A DNA stretch of 63,983 bases, the filler included, from Octopus bimaculoides (lineage: Eukaryota), in assembly GCF_001194135.2 (NCBI RefSeq). It is 8 parts of 7 records of this genome, joined end to end, with 100 filler letters (N's around TTAATTAATTAA, not from the genome) between each part and the next. Parts side by side here need not be neighbours in the genome. Positions count along the whole stretch, not along the records: positions 1 to 12,603 come from NC_068981.1; 7 more parts are not named here. One strand, given 5' to 3'. Each line of letters starts with the position of its first letter. Within the stretch, counting starts at the first letter, position 1. Both the position numbers and the translations under genes were made by a program. This document shows positions 1 through 11,654 of this stretch, one piece after another. The notes beneath the pieces are model-generated. The model was not told the DNA's origin. It ran no database searches and was given only the letters and a program-made list of their open reading frames with translations.

Positions 1-384
1 ATATATATATATATATATATAGTCAGTTTGAGGATATAATGTCCTACTTAGGGATTATAAAATCCAGAGATCAACTGGTGTTATCAATGATATATTGAGA
101 GAATTCTCTCAATATATAGGGATAAACAGTCTAATATACATTTATTACTATAAGAAAACGGAGAAAAAATATTATGGATACTTATTCTATTTGTATCACA
201 ATATTAACATAGCAAATAGTTTAATACAAATGAAATTCAATTGAACATAAGTTAACGTAAAATAAGCATAAAAAGTGCCTACGCCTGTTTCAGTCTGGTC
301 ACTATGTAAACAGTGCTTCGGATCCACAGGGTTCGGATCATGTTAAGAGTTTTAGATGTAAAAAAAAAATAATACAATGTGATC

Positions 385-792
385 AGGTGCAGGAGTGGCT
401 GTGTGGTAAGTAGCTTGCTTACCAACCACATGGTTCTGGGTTCAGTCCTACTGCGTGGCACCTTAGGCAAGTGTCTTTTCTACCAAAGCCTTGTGAGTGG
501 ATTTGGTAGACGGAAACTGAAAGAAGCCTGTCGTATATGTATATATGTATGTGTGTGTGTGCGCGTGTGTGTGTGTGTATGTGTTTGTGTGTCTGTGCTT
601 GTCCCCCACAACATCGCTTGACAACCGATGGTGGTGTGTTTATGTCCCAGTAACTTAGCGGTTCGGCAAAAGAGAACGATAGAATAAGTACTAGGCATCC
701 AAAGAATAAGTCCTGGGGTCGATTTGCTCGACTAAAGGCGGTGCTCCAGCATGACCACAGTCAAATGACTGAAAAAGTAACAGAGTAAAGAG
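385..792 (+). mobile_element. SINE family A (tRNA-like head, internal TA/TG microsatellite, GTAAAAGA-type tail), full length
   Basis: Head GGTGCAGGAGTGGCTGTGTGGTAAGTAGCTTGC...GGTTCAGTCC, body AAAGCCTTGTGAGTGGATTTGGTAGACGGAAACTGAAAGAAGCC and tail GCGGTGCTCCAGCATG recur many times in this window (e.g. 44459-44854). Confidence 0.9.
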
Positions 793-949
793 GTATTTTT
801 AGGGCAGCCTCGTGCAAAAGGCTAATGCTTACACATTTTTCCACAGGAATTCAAGTTGGTGGTAAACAAACTTACTAAATAAGATTGATGAGGACCGCAT
901 ATTCATATGTTAAGTATCTACGTAATGTAAACATTAAGTTGTTAGAAAA

Positions 950-1600
950 GTAAGACAGGACGTCGAGGGAGTATTAGTGGGAGGTACTAGCTAATCAAAA
1001 CTTTCTAACAAGCTATTAGGGATTAAAAAAAAGAAGATGGTTATGTGTTTTGAAGGGCATTATGTAATCATTTATGAAAATATATAGACGGTTAGGGGTT
1101 GTGAAGGACATTATGTAATTAGGGTAAAATATTGTGAAGACGTTAAGTAAATAGACTGAATTAAAGAGAAGAAAAGGGAGAGATAAGAAAAAAATAGAAA
1201 AATAAGAATATAGAGAGAAATAAATTTATTGGGGGAAAGAATAACGAAATGAAAATTTTAGTTAATTGAAAGAAGCTAGAAAAAGCAATAAGTGATTAGG
1301 GATATACAATGTAAAGTATACGTGTAGATTTTAATATTTTAAAGTTATGTCTAAGAAAGATTAGACTATGTTGTGTACTTAGGTAATTCTAAAGTAGGAA
1401 TTTAATTAAGGATCACTGGTAAAGAGGCCTGAATCTTCACTGGTTAAGATCAATTAGTAGTGGAGGGTATATATGTTAGATAGAATTTAAAGATGCAGCT
1501 CTTTCGTTCGATTATGAAGAAAAATTTTCGTTACTTATTATTGTTATTAGTATTATGTAGCATTTCAATGCACTAACAGATACATTCAATTATACAGAAA
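950..1600 (-). mobile_element. Probable degraded Penelope-like element 3' end (C-terminal Cys motif plus pyrimidine-rich 3' region)
   Basis: The minus strand gives remnants resembling the PLE C-terminal CxxCxxE...LNxRxE motif (CICxCIEMLH, HNRTKEL). Composition resembles 18990-19630. Heavily decayed. Confidence 0.3.
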
Positions 1601-1903
1601 AACCATTTGATAAAAAAAAAAAAAAAANNNNNNNNNNNNNNNNNNNNNNNNNNNNNNNNNNNNNNNNNNNNNNNNNNNNNNNNNNNNNNNNNNNNNNNNN
1701 NNNNNNNNNNNNNNNNNNNNNNNNNNNNNNNNNNNNNNNNNNNNNNNNNNNNNNNNNNNNNNNNNNNNNNNNNNNNNNNNNNNNNNNNNNNNNNNTATAT
1801 GTCAAAAACACTCGAGCGTCACTTGGCACATCTCTACTCCATTGTGCAGCAGAGTGGGAGAGATGTATATATATATATGTGTGCGTGTGTGTGTGTGTGT
1901 GTG

Positions 1904-2333
1904 TATTCAAAAGAATGAACCGATTTCATTACGCAATATTTTAATAAGGAAAGGCAATAGAAAACTCCAGTTAAATTACGAGTATTTACAATCAACTTTT
2001 ATTTCCTGTCTTGCAAGTGTTCAATGTGGCAACATATATGCGATAAGAGAATTCCTCCCAGTCGCGTATCAGCATATCACGACCCACTGAGTATCCACTG
2101 AGTACTTCTTTGGTTGTATGGTTGAATGCTTTATCGAAGTTTTTCTATTTCCCTTCCATGTCAATGGAGTTGCTTTTGATGTGCTGATACGCATCTGGGA
2201 GGGATTCTCTTATTGCATTGATGTTGCCCGTGCGGCAGGTGGTGGCCATGTTGAACTCTTGTAATCTGGAGTTTTCTGTTACTTTTCCTCATTAAAATAT
2301 TGCGTAATGAAATCGGTTCATTCTTTTTAAATA
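1904..2333. mobile_element. Fold-back MITE with long terminal inverted repeats
   Basis: AAAAGAATGAACCGATTTCATTACGCAATATTTTAAT at ~1909 is the reverse complement of ATTAAAATATTGCGTAATGAAATCGGTTCATTCTTTT at ~2291-2327. Inner segments (~2028-2080 vs ~2178-2228) are also inverted copies. Confidence 0.85.
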
Positions 2334-2372
2334 ACCTTGTGTGTGTATGTATGTATGTATGTATATATATAT

Positions 2373-2730
2373 GAAAGCACGTGACTCAGTGGTTAGAGTG
2401 TCGGGCTCACAATCATGAGGTAGTGAGTTCGATTCCTGGATCGGGCTGTGTGTTGTGTTCTTGAGCACGACACTTTATTTTACATTGCTCCAGTTCACTC
2501 AGATGTAGAAATGAGTTGCGACGTCACAGGTGCCAAGTTGTATCGACCTTTGTCTTTCCCGTGGATAACATCGGTTGCATGGTGAGGAGAGGCTGGTATG
2601 CATGAGCGATTTCTGGTCTTCCATAAACAACCTTGCCCGGACTTGTGCCTCGGAGGGAAACTTTCCAGGTGTAATCCCATGGTCATTCATGACCGAAAGG
2701 GGTCTTTACCCTTACCCAAGTCAATATATT
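2373..2730 (+). mobile_element. SINE family C (tRNA head plus conserved central domain)
   Basis: Pol III-like boxes TGACTCAGTGGTTAGAG and GAGTTCGATTCC, followed by TTGCTCCAGTTCACTCAG..AAATGAGT. Related copies at 58515-58757, 8490-8690, 22975-23300 and 35380-35600. Confidence 0.8.
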
Positions 2731-3138
2731 TAGTGGAAACCTTTCTGTCAGTTTTGTCAGTTTCACTAATCATTTTTAAGTTGTGTAAATTCAAGTACTT
2801 CTTAAACTTTTCGAATCAGCCTTTACTAGCGAGCACATGCGTCGGTAAGGGGTCGCACTGGACGGCACTGCCTCCTCACTATTCATTAGTGCACCCTCGG
2901 ATTTACAGTAATACACTTATTTTGAAGTTCCACTTGAGTATTATTACAAATTAGTGCCCACCCAGAATTTTCTGAAGCACCCCCAGGTACCGAAGTCTTG
3001 CGACGGACCTGCTTCTAAGAGAAGAATTTTCATATTTATACAAATCAAAAAATAGACGTTTAGTGATTTCTTTCTATTACCATTGTGCTTTTCAGCCCAT
3101 TACGTCTAGTTTGATTCACGATCCATAAATAAACAAGC

Positions 3139-3440
3139 GTGGCACCTTGAGCAAGTGCCTTCTACTATTGCCTCGGTCCGACCAAAGCTTTGTAAGTGGA
3201 TTTTGGTAGACGGGAACTGAAAGAAGCATGTCGTATATATTTATACGTGTGTGTGTGTGTCTTTGTATCTGTATTTGCACCCCCTCCTCCCATTACCGTT
3301 AGACAACCGGTTCGGCAAAAGAGACCGATAGAATAAGTACCAGGCTTAAAAAAATAAGTCCTTGGGCCTAATTTTTCGACTAAAAGATGGTGCTCCAGCA
3401 TGACTGCAGTCACATGACTGAAACAAGTAAAAGAATAAGA
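3139..3440 (+). mobile_element. SINE family A, 5'-truncated
   Basis: Matches the body and tail of 385-792. Confidence 0.85.
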
Positions 3441-3558
3441 GCTGTCTTATTTGACGCATCTAAGAAAACCTAAAATCCGAGAACTATAAAAAAAAATCAA
3501 TATCCAAACAGTTAAGGGGGGAACTTTTTGAACACTTGATTTAATTTTCCATTTGTTA

Positions 3559-3985
3559 TAAGGCAGCGAGCTGGTAGAAACGTTAGCACAGCGGACGAAG
3601 TGCTTAACGGTATTTCGTCTGTCTTTATGTTTTGAGTTGAAATTCCACCGAGGTCAACTTTGCCTTTCATCCTTTCGGGGTCGATAAATTAAGTACCAGT
3701 TACGCACTGGGGTCGATGTAATCGACTTAATCCCTTTCTCTGTCCTTGTTTGTCCCCTCTATGTTTAGCCCCTTGTGGGCAATAAATAAATAAGAAACGT
3801 TAACACGCCGGGCGAAGTGTTTAACGGTATTTCGTCTTTACGTTCTGAGTTGAAATTCCGCTGAGGTCTTTGCGTTTCATCCTTTCGGGGTTGATAAATT
3901 AAGTATCAGTTGCGTACTGGGGTCGATCTAATCAACTGGGCCCTCTTCCCCAAAAATTTCGGACCTTGTACCTAGATTAGAAAAT
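3559..3985 (+). mobile_element. Two tandem copies of SINE family B
   Basis: AAGGCAGCGAGCTGGTAGAAACGTTAGCAC...GAGTTGAAATTCC (B-box-like)...CCTTTCATCCTTTCGGGGTCGATAAATTAAGTACCAG, repeated from ~3795. Same family as 55367-55602. Confidence 0.85.
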
Positions 3986-4025
3986 AATTTTCCATCTATT
4001 ATCCCGTATTGTTCTCACTCTAGAC

Positions 4026-4316
4026 CAATGTTTATCAACAATTTTTTTACCTATAGATCATCTTGATTCCAATCACGATTCAAAGTTAAGGGTTTCTCTT
4101 TGAATCCCGCTTTACTCAGGTAGATCCTCACAGTCTTTCGATGCTTTAAAAAAATCCAGTTATATTTTTATAATTAAATATTGTTAGAAATTGTATTAAA
4201 AGATTGTTAAAATATTTTGCCTATTATAGTACAACCAGTTTGTTGCAGATAAATTTTAAGTGCAAAACCTAATATGGAACGCTAAGGGCCATAGGGACTC
4301 CTGTTGAAAGCCACTG
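4026..4316. mobile_element. hAT (Charlie-type) MITE with perfect 8-bp target-site duplication
   Basis: TSD CTCTAGAC at 4018-4025 and 4317-4324. Imperfect TIRs CAATGTTTATCAAC and GTTGAAAGCCACTG. The TSD fits the NTCTAGAN preference known for Charlie/hAT. Confidence 0.9.
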
Positions 4317-4459
4317 CTCTAGACGTTGCAAGTGTTCATATTTTGGCAATAAGAGCGAAGTTACAGACCGTATCCCAAAATTAGTAGTCTTACTTTACAA
4401 ATTCTGTAAACTCGAAATCCCGTAACTTGAGGGAACCGTAACGCGCGGTATGCTTGCTG

Positions 4460-4571
4460 ATACATACATGCATACATACATACATACATACATATATAAT
4501 TACATCATACATACATACATATCACATATACACACGCGTGCTCTGTTTCTTTCTTTTTCTCTTTCTCTCTC

Positions 4572-4620
<49 letters not shown>

Positions 4621-4660
4621 CACACGCACGCACGAGCACACACACATGCACACACAGTAG
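4460..4660. repeat. Compound microsatellite (TACA)n/(CT)n/(CA)n
   Basis: Seen directly; explains the H/T/Y/I-rich ORFs. Confidence 0.95.
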
Positions 4661-4994
4661 GAAGGAAGACACATGAAAATGTAAGCTTCTATGACAGAGT
4701 ATGTGATTTCACGAAATTCTATTTCTGAACCTCCGAACTTTTTCTTTGTTTTCCTTCTGTACTCAGTCTTCCCGAGTACTTGCTTGCTAGCTTACAGGTT
4801 CTGACAAGCAAGCAGTTATGTGTCAAGGTGTGGTGATGGTTAGTGGGTAAACAGAATTTGTCTTTCGAGTAACAGAAATGTATTTATATAACTGAATATA
4901 TAATATACGTATATTCTATATATACGGTTCACATTCTTGTACAAGAAGGTAATCGTCTACATACGTTAACGTCATTGGGTCACTGTGTTGCACG

Positions 4995-5275
4995 TTACAC
5001 TACATACATACATACATACATGCATACATACATACATCACACACGCCACACACAGATACATACATACATACATAATACATGCTTACATGCATACATACAT
5101 ACATACATACATCACACACACCACACACATACATACATTACACACACACCACACGCAGATACATACATACATACATACGTACATACATCACACACACACC
5201 ACACGCAGATACGTACATACATACATACCTACATACATACATACATACGTACGTACGTACGTACATACATACACA
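4995..5275. repeat. Degenerate (TACA)n/(CA)n microsatellite block
   Basis: Seen directly. Confidence 0.95.
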
Positions 5276-5289
5276 GGGATCCTCGTGGA

Positions 5290-5640
5290 ACATCCCAATA
5301 AAACATCAATTTGGTGCAGGCATTACAAATCTGACATTGTTCTATGGGGCAGGGAACAAAAGTGGTTGTAGAGGTCAGCTGCCCAGCGGATTGAATGTTC
5401 AGTCAACTGTCAAGGAAAAAAAAAAAAGAACATTTATGGCGCATTAAAGCCAAACTTACAGCTCTTGTACCCTGACTATGGATTCTTATTTGTACTTATC
5501 ATCATACGTGCATTTGGTTATGTACCAAAAACTTTGCGCAAAAGCCTAGAAATACTCGGCTTCACAGAAAAAGAGCAAAAGAAACTGACACAGATTCTCT
5601 AGTCGATTATGTTATTAAATGTACTTCATTCACTTACGAC
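5290..5640 (+). mobile_element. Decayed RLE-clade (R4/NeSL-like) non-LTR retrotransposon C-terminal fragment
   Basis: Translates with frameshifts to ..DIVLWGREQK..QLLYPDY.FLFVLIIIRAFGYVPKTLRKSLEILGF, homologous to QLLNPDYKFRFIPVIIGALKYV in the 57917-58366 ORF. Confidence 0.7.
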
Positions 5641-6703
5641 TGCTTCTGCCTTAAGATGTGGTGAACTCTTAGTTGAGTAGCAAGATAACATCCTATAGCT
5701 TCATCAGAGCCTTAAATACAAAGTGCATTTTATTTGGGAAAGTTACAGTTACGGAACATGCGGGCGTCATGAGTGAGAAAGTTTATGTTGATGGATATGG
5801 AAAGTTCTATCCCAAGGTAGAAAGCAGTATTCAAATATACACATGCGTTTAGGGTAGAATTGAAAGGGAGATATATGGGTGGACGGCACACTCGTTCATA
5901 TACAAATACACATACATACATACATACATACATACATACATACACTTGTATACATTCATACGCGCGCGCACAAATACACAAACACACACACATACACAGC
6001 GTTTGAGGTTTTCTATCTGTTTAAAAGAAGCAACTTTTACATTCACATTATTTATTAACACGCTGTCAACTATGAAAGCTAAAAAAGCTTCTGGGATTTA
6101 CTTGGTCATTGATACGTTAGAAATGCAAACAGAGTCAATGAACTGAGATGCCGAGGAATTGGGTTACAAATGTCGTTTAGAACTCTTTGACACTCAACAG
6201 TTCGTTATGCTGTTAAGAAACAAACGAAAATGACGGCAACTGCTTTTTTCGTGTTTTAAATAACTAAAATATATCTTTCAAGATATTAATAAGAAGTTTC
6301 TATACGCGATCTCAAATATCACATCACTTTCCAGACAAGTACTCATCCCTCTTCTCTCTTCGCTCTCTCCCCCTTTCTATGCGTTTGTCTGCCTCTCTGT
6401 CTCTGTGTGTATATATACATACATATGTAGTGAAACCTCTCTCTCGGGCATTCAATCATAAATGATAACGAAGCTGCTAACATTTAGCCTTCGGCTGCCA
6501 TGGACTCTTTCTGTCCATCATCCTGAATGGTTCTTATTTTTGCGCGGCAATTGTCCCCATGTTCTGCTTACTAAGGGGGCATTACGTCCAATCGACGGCT
6601 TCAGATAAAGTCACGTGATAGAGAGTTTTACTGGGTTTCCGGTTAGCCCTTTTTCGCCTATAAATAAGCCCGATCCAACGACGGCAATCGTCTTCGATTT
6701 CAG

Positions 6704-6885
6704 ATCTCTCACAGGTCTGGTCGTTGACCACATACAGAACACAGCTACAGCCAGTTCCAGCGTTGACGTCTTCACCATCAATGTACTGTTTACCATTGTC
6801 GTCGCCAACCTCAACAAGCGCGGTTTTATCTTCACTGTTTGAGTGGAGTTTCCACTCACGAACAACAGTCAGAACTAACCAGTGA
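6704..6885 (+). CDS. Candidate terminal coding exon of an unidentified gene (frame and strand ambiguous)
   Basis: Unique sequence, more GC-balanced than its surroundings. Acceptor-like GTCTTCGATTTCAG ends at 6703 and an alternative CTCTCACAG ends at 6714. One + frame is open to TGA 6883-6885 (DLSQVWSLTTYRTQLQPVPALTSSPSMYCLPLSSPTSTSAVLSSLFEWSFHSRTTVRTNQ), a second + frame to 6842, and a minus frame over 6582-6938. Unique T/C-rich UTR-like sequence follows to ~7520. No family recognised. Confidence 0.3.
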
Positions 6886-8299
6886 GAATATACTATACCA
6901 GGTAACACAGGTCGCAGCATTCGATGCTCAACACACATAGTGTGATTCCACAGCTCTGCTCCTTGGCCACAACTTCCTGCGTATGAACATTCTATCTCCT
7001 TGTGTAACTCTAATACGAACTGGTATTTCTCTATGTCAGTGTTTGAGACTTGTAGTCTATGTTACAGACACTCTTTCTATTGTTCTGTGTTTCCTCTCAT
7101 TCACACGCACACTTGTACTCTCACATATTGTACACACACTATTGTTTATACGACTGTCCGTCACTTCACATTGTTGTATACCTTCTCTTGTACACGAAGG
7201 CCTGACTTATCTACTGTGTTAATTATATATGTCGCATGCACGCACACACAGGCACAAACAGTTTCGCTATGTTAATAAATTTATTCTCATTATATATCTA
7301 ACGGTTGAGTTTGTCCTGAGTTCTTTTACTGGCACTATGGCTCGTATCTCTTACGACGAGCCTTCTATCTTATATATATCTTGTTTTTGTGTTCGACCGT
7401 GCGACATGGTAAAAAGGAGCCTTTACCGTCTACGTCGCCATCTCCTTTGGTTCGCACGGTCGAAGTATTACACATATGTTGTTATTTCTTGTATTCGTAA
7501 TTGTGTACCATGTTCTCCGTTTTTTTTTTTNNNNNNNNNNNNNNNNNNNNNNNNNNNNNNNNNNNNNNNNNNNNNNNNNNNNNNNNNNNNNNNNNNNNNN
7601 NNNNNNNNNNNNNNNNNNNNNNNNNNNNNNNNNNNNNNNNNNNNNNNNNNNNNNNNNNNNNNNNNNNNNNNNNNNNNNNNNNNNNNNNNNNNNNNNNNNN
7701 NNNNNNNNNNNNNNNNNNNNNNNNNNNNNNNNNNNNNNNNNNNNNNNNNNNNNNNNNNNNNNNNNNNNNNNNNNNNNNNNNNNNNNNNNNNNNNNNNNNN
7801 NNNNNNNNNNNNNNNNNNNNNNNNNNNNNNNNNNNNNNNNNNNNNNNNNNNNNNNNNNNNNNNNNNNNNNNNNNNNNNNNNNNNNNNNNNNNNNNNNNNN
7901 NNNNNNNNNNNNNNNNNNNNNNNNNNNNNNNNTTATTTGTCTTTGTTGCCGTACACATTCGCTAGCTTTCTTACAAAGGGGTCTAACTCCTCTTAGCTTA
8001 GACTTTTGGGGGGACAACCAGATCGAACTATCTCAAATGTAACTGCCCGAAATGGTCGTGACTTCTGGGATTTGACTGATGAAAGAAAGCCAAGAATGAC
8101 CCGTCGTTTTTTGCCTGTCCTTCCAATTCTTGTTTCTCTTGTCTGCCTTTGTATCGTCTATCTGTCCGAACGTTTTAATGCACTCTGTTGCGTTTTTGTT
8201 CCATTTTTATTTTTATATACATATATACATACATACATTCGAAGACAACAGCTCCGAGACGTCACTGGAACTGTAAAAATCTGTAAAACTTTCTAGAAG

Positions 8300-8407
8300 T
8301 TTATCCATTTAAGTATATATGAGCATGTCTAGATATGCAACTATATGCATGAGAATACATAGATAAAACAAAACATACAAATCTGCACGTATACATACAT
8401 ACACACA

Positions 8408-8438
<31 letters not shown>

Positions 8439-8690
8439 GTACATACAAAAATACCCTGTTGTTGATGTTGAAATTCCAGTGAAGATTCCTGTACCATGCG
8501 TCGCATTGTGTCCTTGGGCAAAGCGCTTCATTTCACGTTGCTCCTGTCTATTCAGCTGGAAATGAGTAACAGCAGAGTGCACATTGATCAACTCTTTGAA
8601 GTGTGAATCAACGAAGGGCGGGGGATTCTACTTGGTTGTTGGACCTGTGAAACATAACAGCCAAATCTTCCTCAAATTGCCCCAGACCAT
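8300..8690. mobile_element. SINE fragments: reverse copy of the 57615-57900 repeat followed by a family C body
   Basis: GAGCATGTCTAGATATGCAACTATATGCATGAGAATAC is the reverse complement of ~57817-57855. GTTGCTCCTGTCTATTCAGCTGGAAATGAGT matches family C. Confidence 0.7.
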
Positions 8691-8696
8691 TTTATA

Positions 8697-9290
8697 CAAG
8701 GGGTGGGGAAACTTTTTAGTGCGGCGGGCAAAAATTTCCAAAGAAAAAGATCCGCAGGCGGGTCACAAGTTCTAACTCTTATATTTGTGTAAATCTTGTA
8801 TATATCTATATATAATTCAGCTAGAGCGTAGTTGGGTCTCAAGGGGCCGCTACAAACCTAGCAATATGTGTTTTATAGTGATAACAAAATTTCCAATCAA
8901 ATGGCAATTACCGGACGATTTCTGTTCGAGTCTTACCCCTTATAAGTCGCAGTAGAAACGCGACCTATGTTGCAAATAGGCATACGAATATTGTATAAAT
9001 TCTATAATTGAAAAATTTTCTATATTTTGTATATACGAGTATATCAGCGTGCGGGGGCAATAAAANNNNNNNNNNAAAATTTCCAATCAAATGGCAATTA
9101 CCGGACGATTTCTGTTCGAGTCTTACCCCTTATAAGTCGCAGTAGAAACGCGACCTATGTTGCAAATAGGCATACGAATATTGTATAAATTCTATAATTG
9201 AAAAATTTTCTATATTTTGTATATACGAGTATATCAGCGTGCGGGGGCAATAAAATGGACTCGCGGGCGGAGTTTTTCCCCCCACCCCTG
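8697..9290. mobile_element. hAT-type non-autonomous element
   Basis: TIRs CAAGGGGTGGGGAAACT and AGTTTTTCCCCCCACCCCTG. Flanks CATTTTAT and CATTAGAT resemble a degraded 8-bp TSD. The internal ~178-bp duplication straddles a 10-N gap. Confidence 0.7.
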
Positions 9291-9439
9291 CATTAGATAG
9301 TATAGTCTGAAAAGATTTACTGGTCACGGTGGGAACGCCTTTAAGCACATGACTGCTCAAATTAAGGCGGATTAAGTTAGAACTGGCTATGTTGAAAAGG
9401 TTGAAGTCCTACTGGTCTTTGGTTAATCATTTCTGTTAT

Positions 9440-9880
9440 CGTTTAGTTGTTACTGTCATTGGATTGCGGCCATGCTGGGGCACTGTCTTGACGGGTTTAG
9501 TCGAACAAATTGACCGCAATTATTACTTTTTGAAACTGGTACTTATTCTATTAGATCCTTTTACCGAACCGCTAAGTTACGGGAGCGTAAACAAACCAGC
9601 ATAGGCTGTTAAGCGGTGGTGGGGGACAGACCCAAACTCAATGACATAGATACACGTGCTCGTACGTGCGTGAACACATGCACGCACACACACACAGACA
9701 CACACGCACTCACACACACACACACACACACACATGACGAGCTTCTTTCAGTTTACGTCTACCAAATCCACTCACAAGGGTTTGGTCGGCCAAGGTCTAT
9801 AATAGAAGACATCTGCGCCAAGTGCCACGCAGTGCGACTGAACCCAGACCCATGTGGCTGGGAAGGAAGTCTCTTAGCAC
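9440..9880 (-). mobile_element. SINE family A, reverse orientation
   Basis: Reverse complement of the family A tail, body and head (TACCAAATCCACTCACAAGG, AACCCAGACCCATGTGG). Confidence 0.8.
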
Positions 9881-10924
9881 AGGACCACGTTTGTGCAGAT
9901 TTTATCTTACGTGCCATCTTCCCATCACTCATTCCGTATGCAAATATTTCTCAAGTCTTGAAGGATCCTCGGAAGGAATTGTTAAGTATTAGTTTCTGGC
10001 TGTGAAGAAATCTACCCCTGGGTATGGTGCCAATCCATCCTATTAATGCCGTGAATCATCTCTAATAGACTTAAACCCGGAAAACATGAGTTCATCAGCA
10101 GCCCTTAAAAGCTCATTGGAACACAGAAGACATTTCCATGTACGTTTTCATATTTAAAAGAATGTGCTGCAATCTCATATACAATTCACTTTTTTTAATA
10201 CCTTTGTCAGAGCTTCCAAGACTTGTGGCGAGGAAGGAGGACGATATCCTAACTAGATACCTGACCCAAATACTTGCAATGAAGTTGGAGGGGGGATCCC
10301 TCTGGGAAGTGGTGGTTTTAAAGTGGGTGAGTAAGTTTAAACTGGGTGAGTAAGGTTAAACTGAGTGAGTAAGTTTCCTCCAACTCAAGTAGACCAAAGC
10401 TAAATTTGAACTCAGAATGGAAAGAGCTGGAAAATATATTGAAAGATATCCCATTCGACACAAATGATTGCTCCAGTCCACTGCTAACAACTGGCACTTT
10501 ATTTTATTGAGTCCCTAGCTAACTACGGAGAGATCTGAAATCAGAACGCAGGGACCCATAGACACCTCAAGACATTTCATCCAGTGCTGTAACGACTCTG
10601 CCAATTTGCCGCTCGTTGATCGTACTCCAACTATTTGTAGGCTTGTGCCTCTGTGCAAATCCTCTCTCAAAAGATCAAAGCAAGTTAAAGAGTTACTTGT
10701 CCTGCTTAAAAGAAATCATACTCCTTGTATTATAAAAGAAACTCTACATTTATAAAACAAGTGACTCACAGCACCCAGCCTGCATTCGCATATAATCAAA
10801 ATGATTCTTGCTGTTGACTCTGAGAAGTATGAACAAAGCTGTAGCTAACTAACTGGAAGTTGACATTTTACTGATTGTTCGTGACTAAATTTTCTATGAT
10901 CCATTCTTTATTCTGAGATCGAGC

Positions 10925-11654
10925 TGGGTACATTATGTTCTTGAGAGTAAGGGGATGTGAACCAGATAGTTTTCCTATTCCTGTTTCCTTTTCTTTATTA
11001 CTGGACTGGTAACAGGTGTATAGGTTATTTCCTCACTAAATCCACTATCTTTTGGAGCAACACTATTAAAAATGTTCCTATCGGGAGGAGAGGCTAGAAA
11101 TTCTCTTGCTAATGTTTTTGACTAAATATTTAAACACTATGGGGGGATGGCAGGAACCTACATTAATATAATTAAGTCTATCGTTGGGCTTCCTATAAGG
11201 TTTGTAAGTATTCTTATTTAAATCTAAGGATACATCTAGGAAATTGACAACCGTCAGGTTGGTATCTGTAGTTATGCTAAAGCCGAAAATTTTCATGAAA
11301 TGGATAATTTCCTTCCTAAACTGATCTTGTGCTGGTCCATTGGTATTTGTGGTTAAAGCTAGGGCATCATCTTTGTAAATGGCGAAATATACACCAGGAA
11401 AAGTCTTGCCCAACGTATCGCGTAGAAATAGTCCAATCATATTGCATATGCCTGCTCCATCATATGACCCCCATGCTCACATCGAAAGCACCCTCTGTAT
11501 CGGTAGTCTTGACCCACTCTGCATTCTCACTGAAGAGTAAAGTCTTTCTAGCATGGAAGATTATGTCCTTATCTTGTGTACTAATTTCTATAAATTCACT
11601 TGCGAAAGTGAGGGCTTTATCTGGCAGTTCCTTAGAGATAGAGGCATAGAAATC
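10925..11654 (-). mobile_element. Penelope-like element reverse transcriptase, 3' segment (pseudogenised)
   Basis: The minus strand encodes DFYASISKELPDKAL, FDVSMGSYDGA, YKDDAL, VVNFLDVSLDL, YKPYRKPND..HPP, SGFSEEITY and RKTIWFTSPYS. These are the characteristic PLE RT and linker motifs. Confidence 0.9.

Noticed and set aside
285-345. Possible hammerhead on the minus strand (CCGAAGC...GAAACAGGCGTA)
   Set aside because: Two core mismatches and no helix I pairing.
883-915. TTGATGAGGACC hammerhead-like start on the plus strand (similar CTGATGA at ~10097 on minus)
   Set aside because: No GAAA box or helix II closure follows.
2373-2460. tRNA gene
   Set aside because: The A/B boxes continue directly into a SINE body found in multiple copies, and there is no complete cloverleaf.
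2830-3010. Possible short TIR element (CACATGCGTCGGTAAG / CTTGCGACGGACCTG)
   Set aside because: The termini are too diverged and there is no TSD.
8887-9253. ~178-bp perfect tandem duplication (similar case at ~50808-50916)
   Set aside because: The copies are identical and straddle a 10-N gap, typical of unmerged overlapping contig ends.
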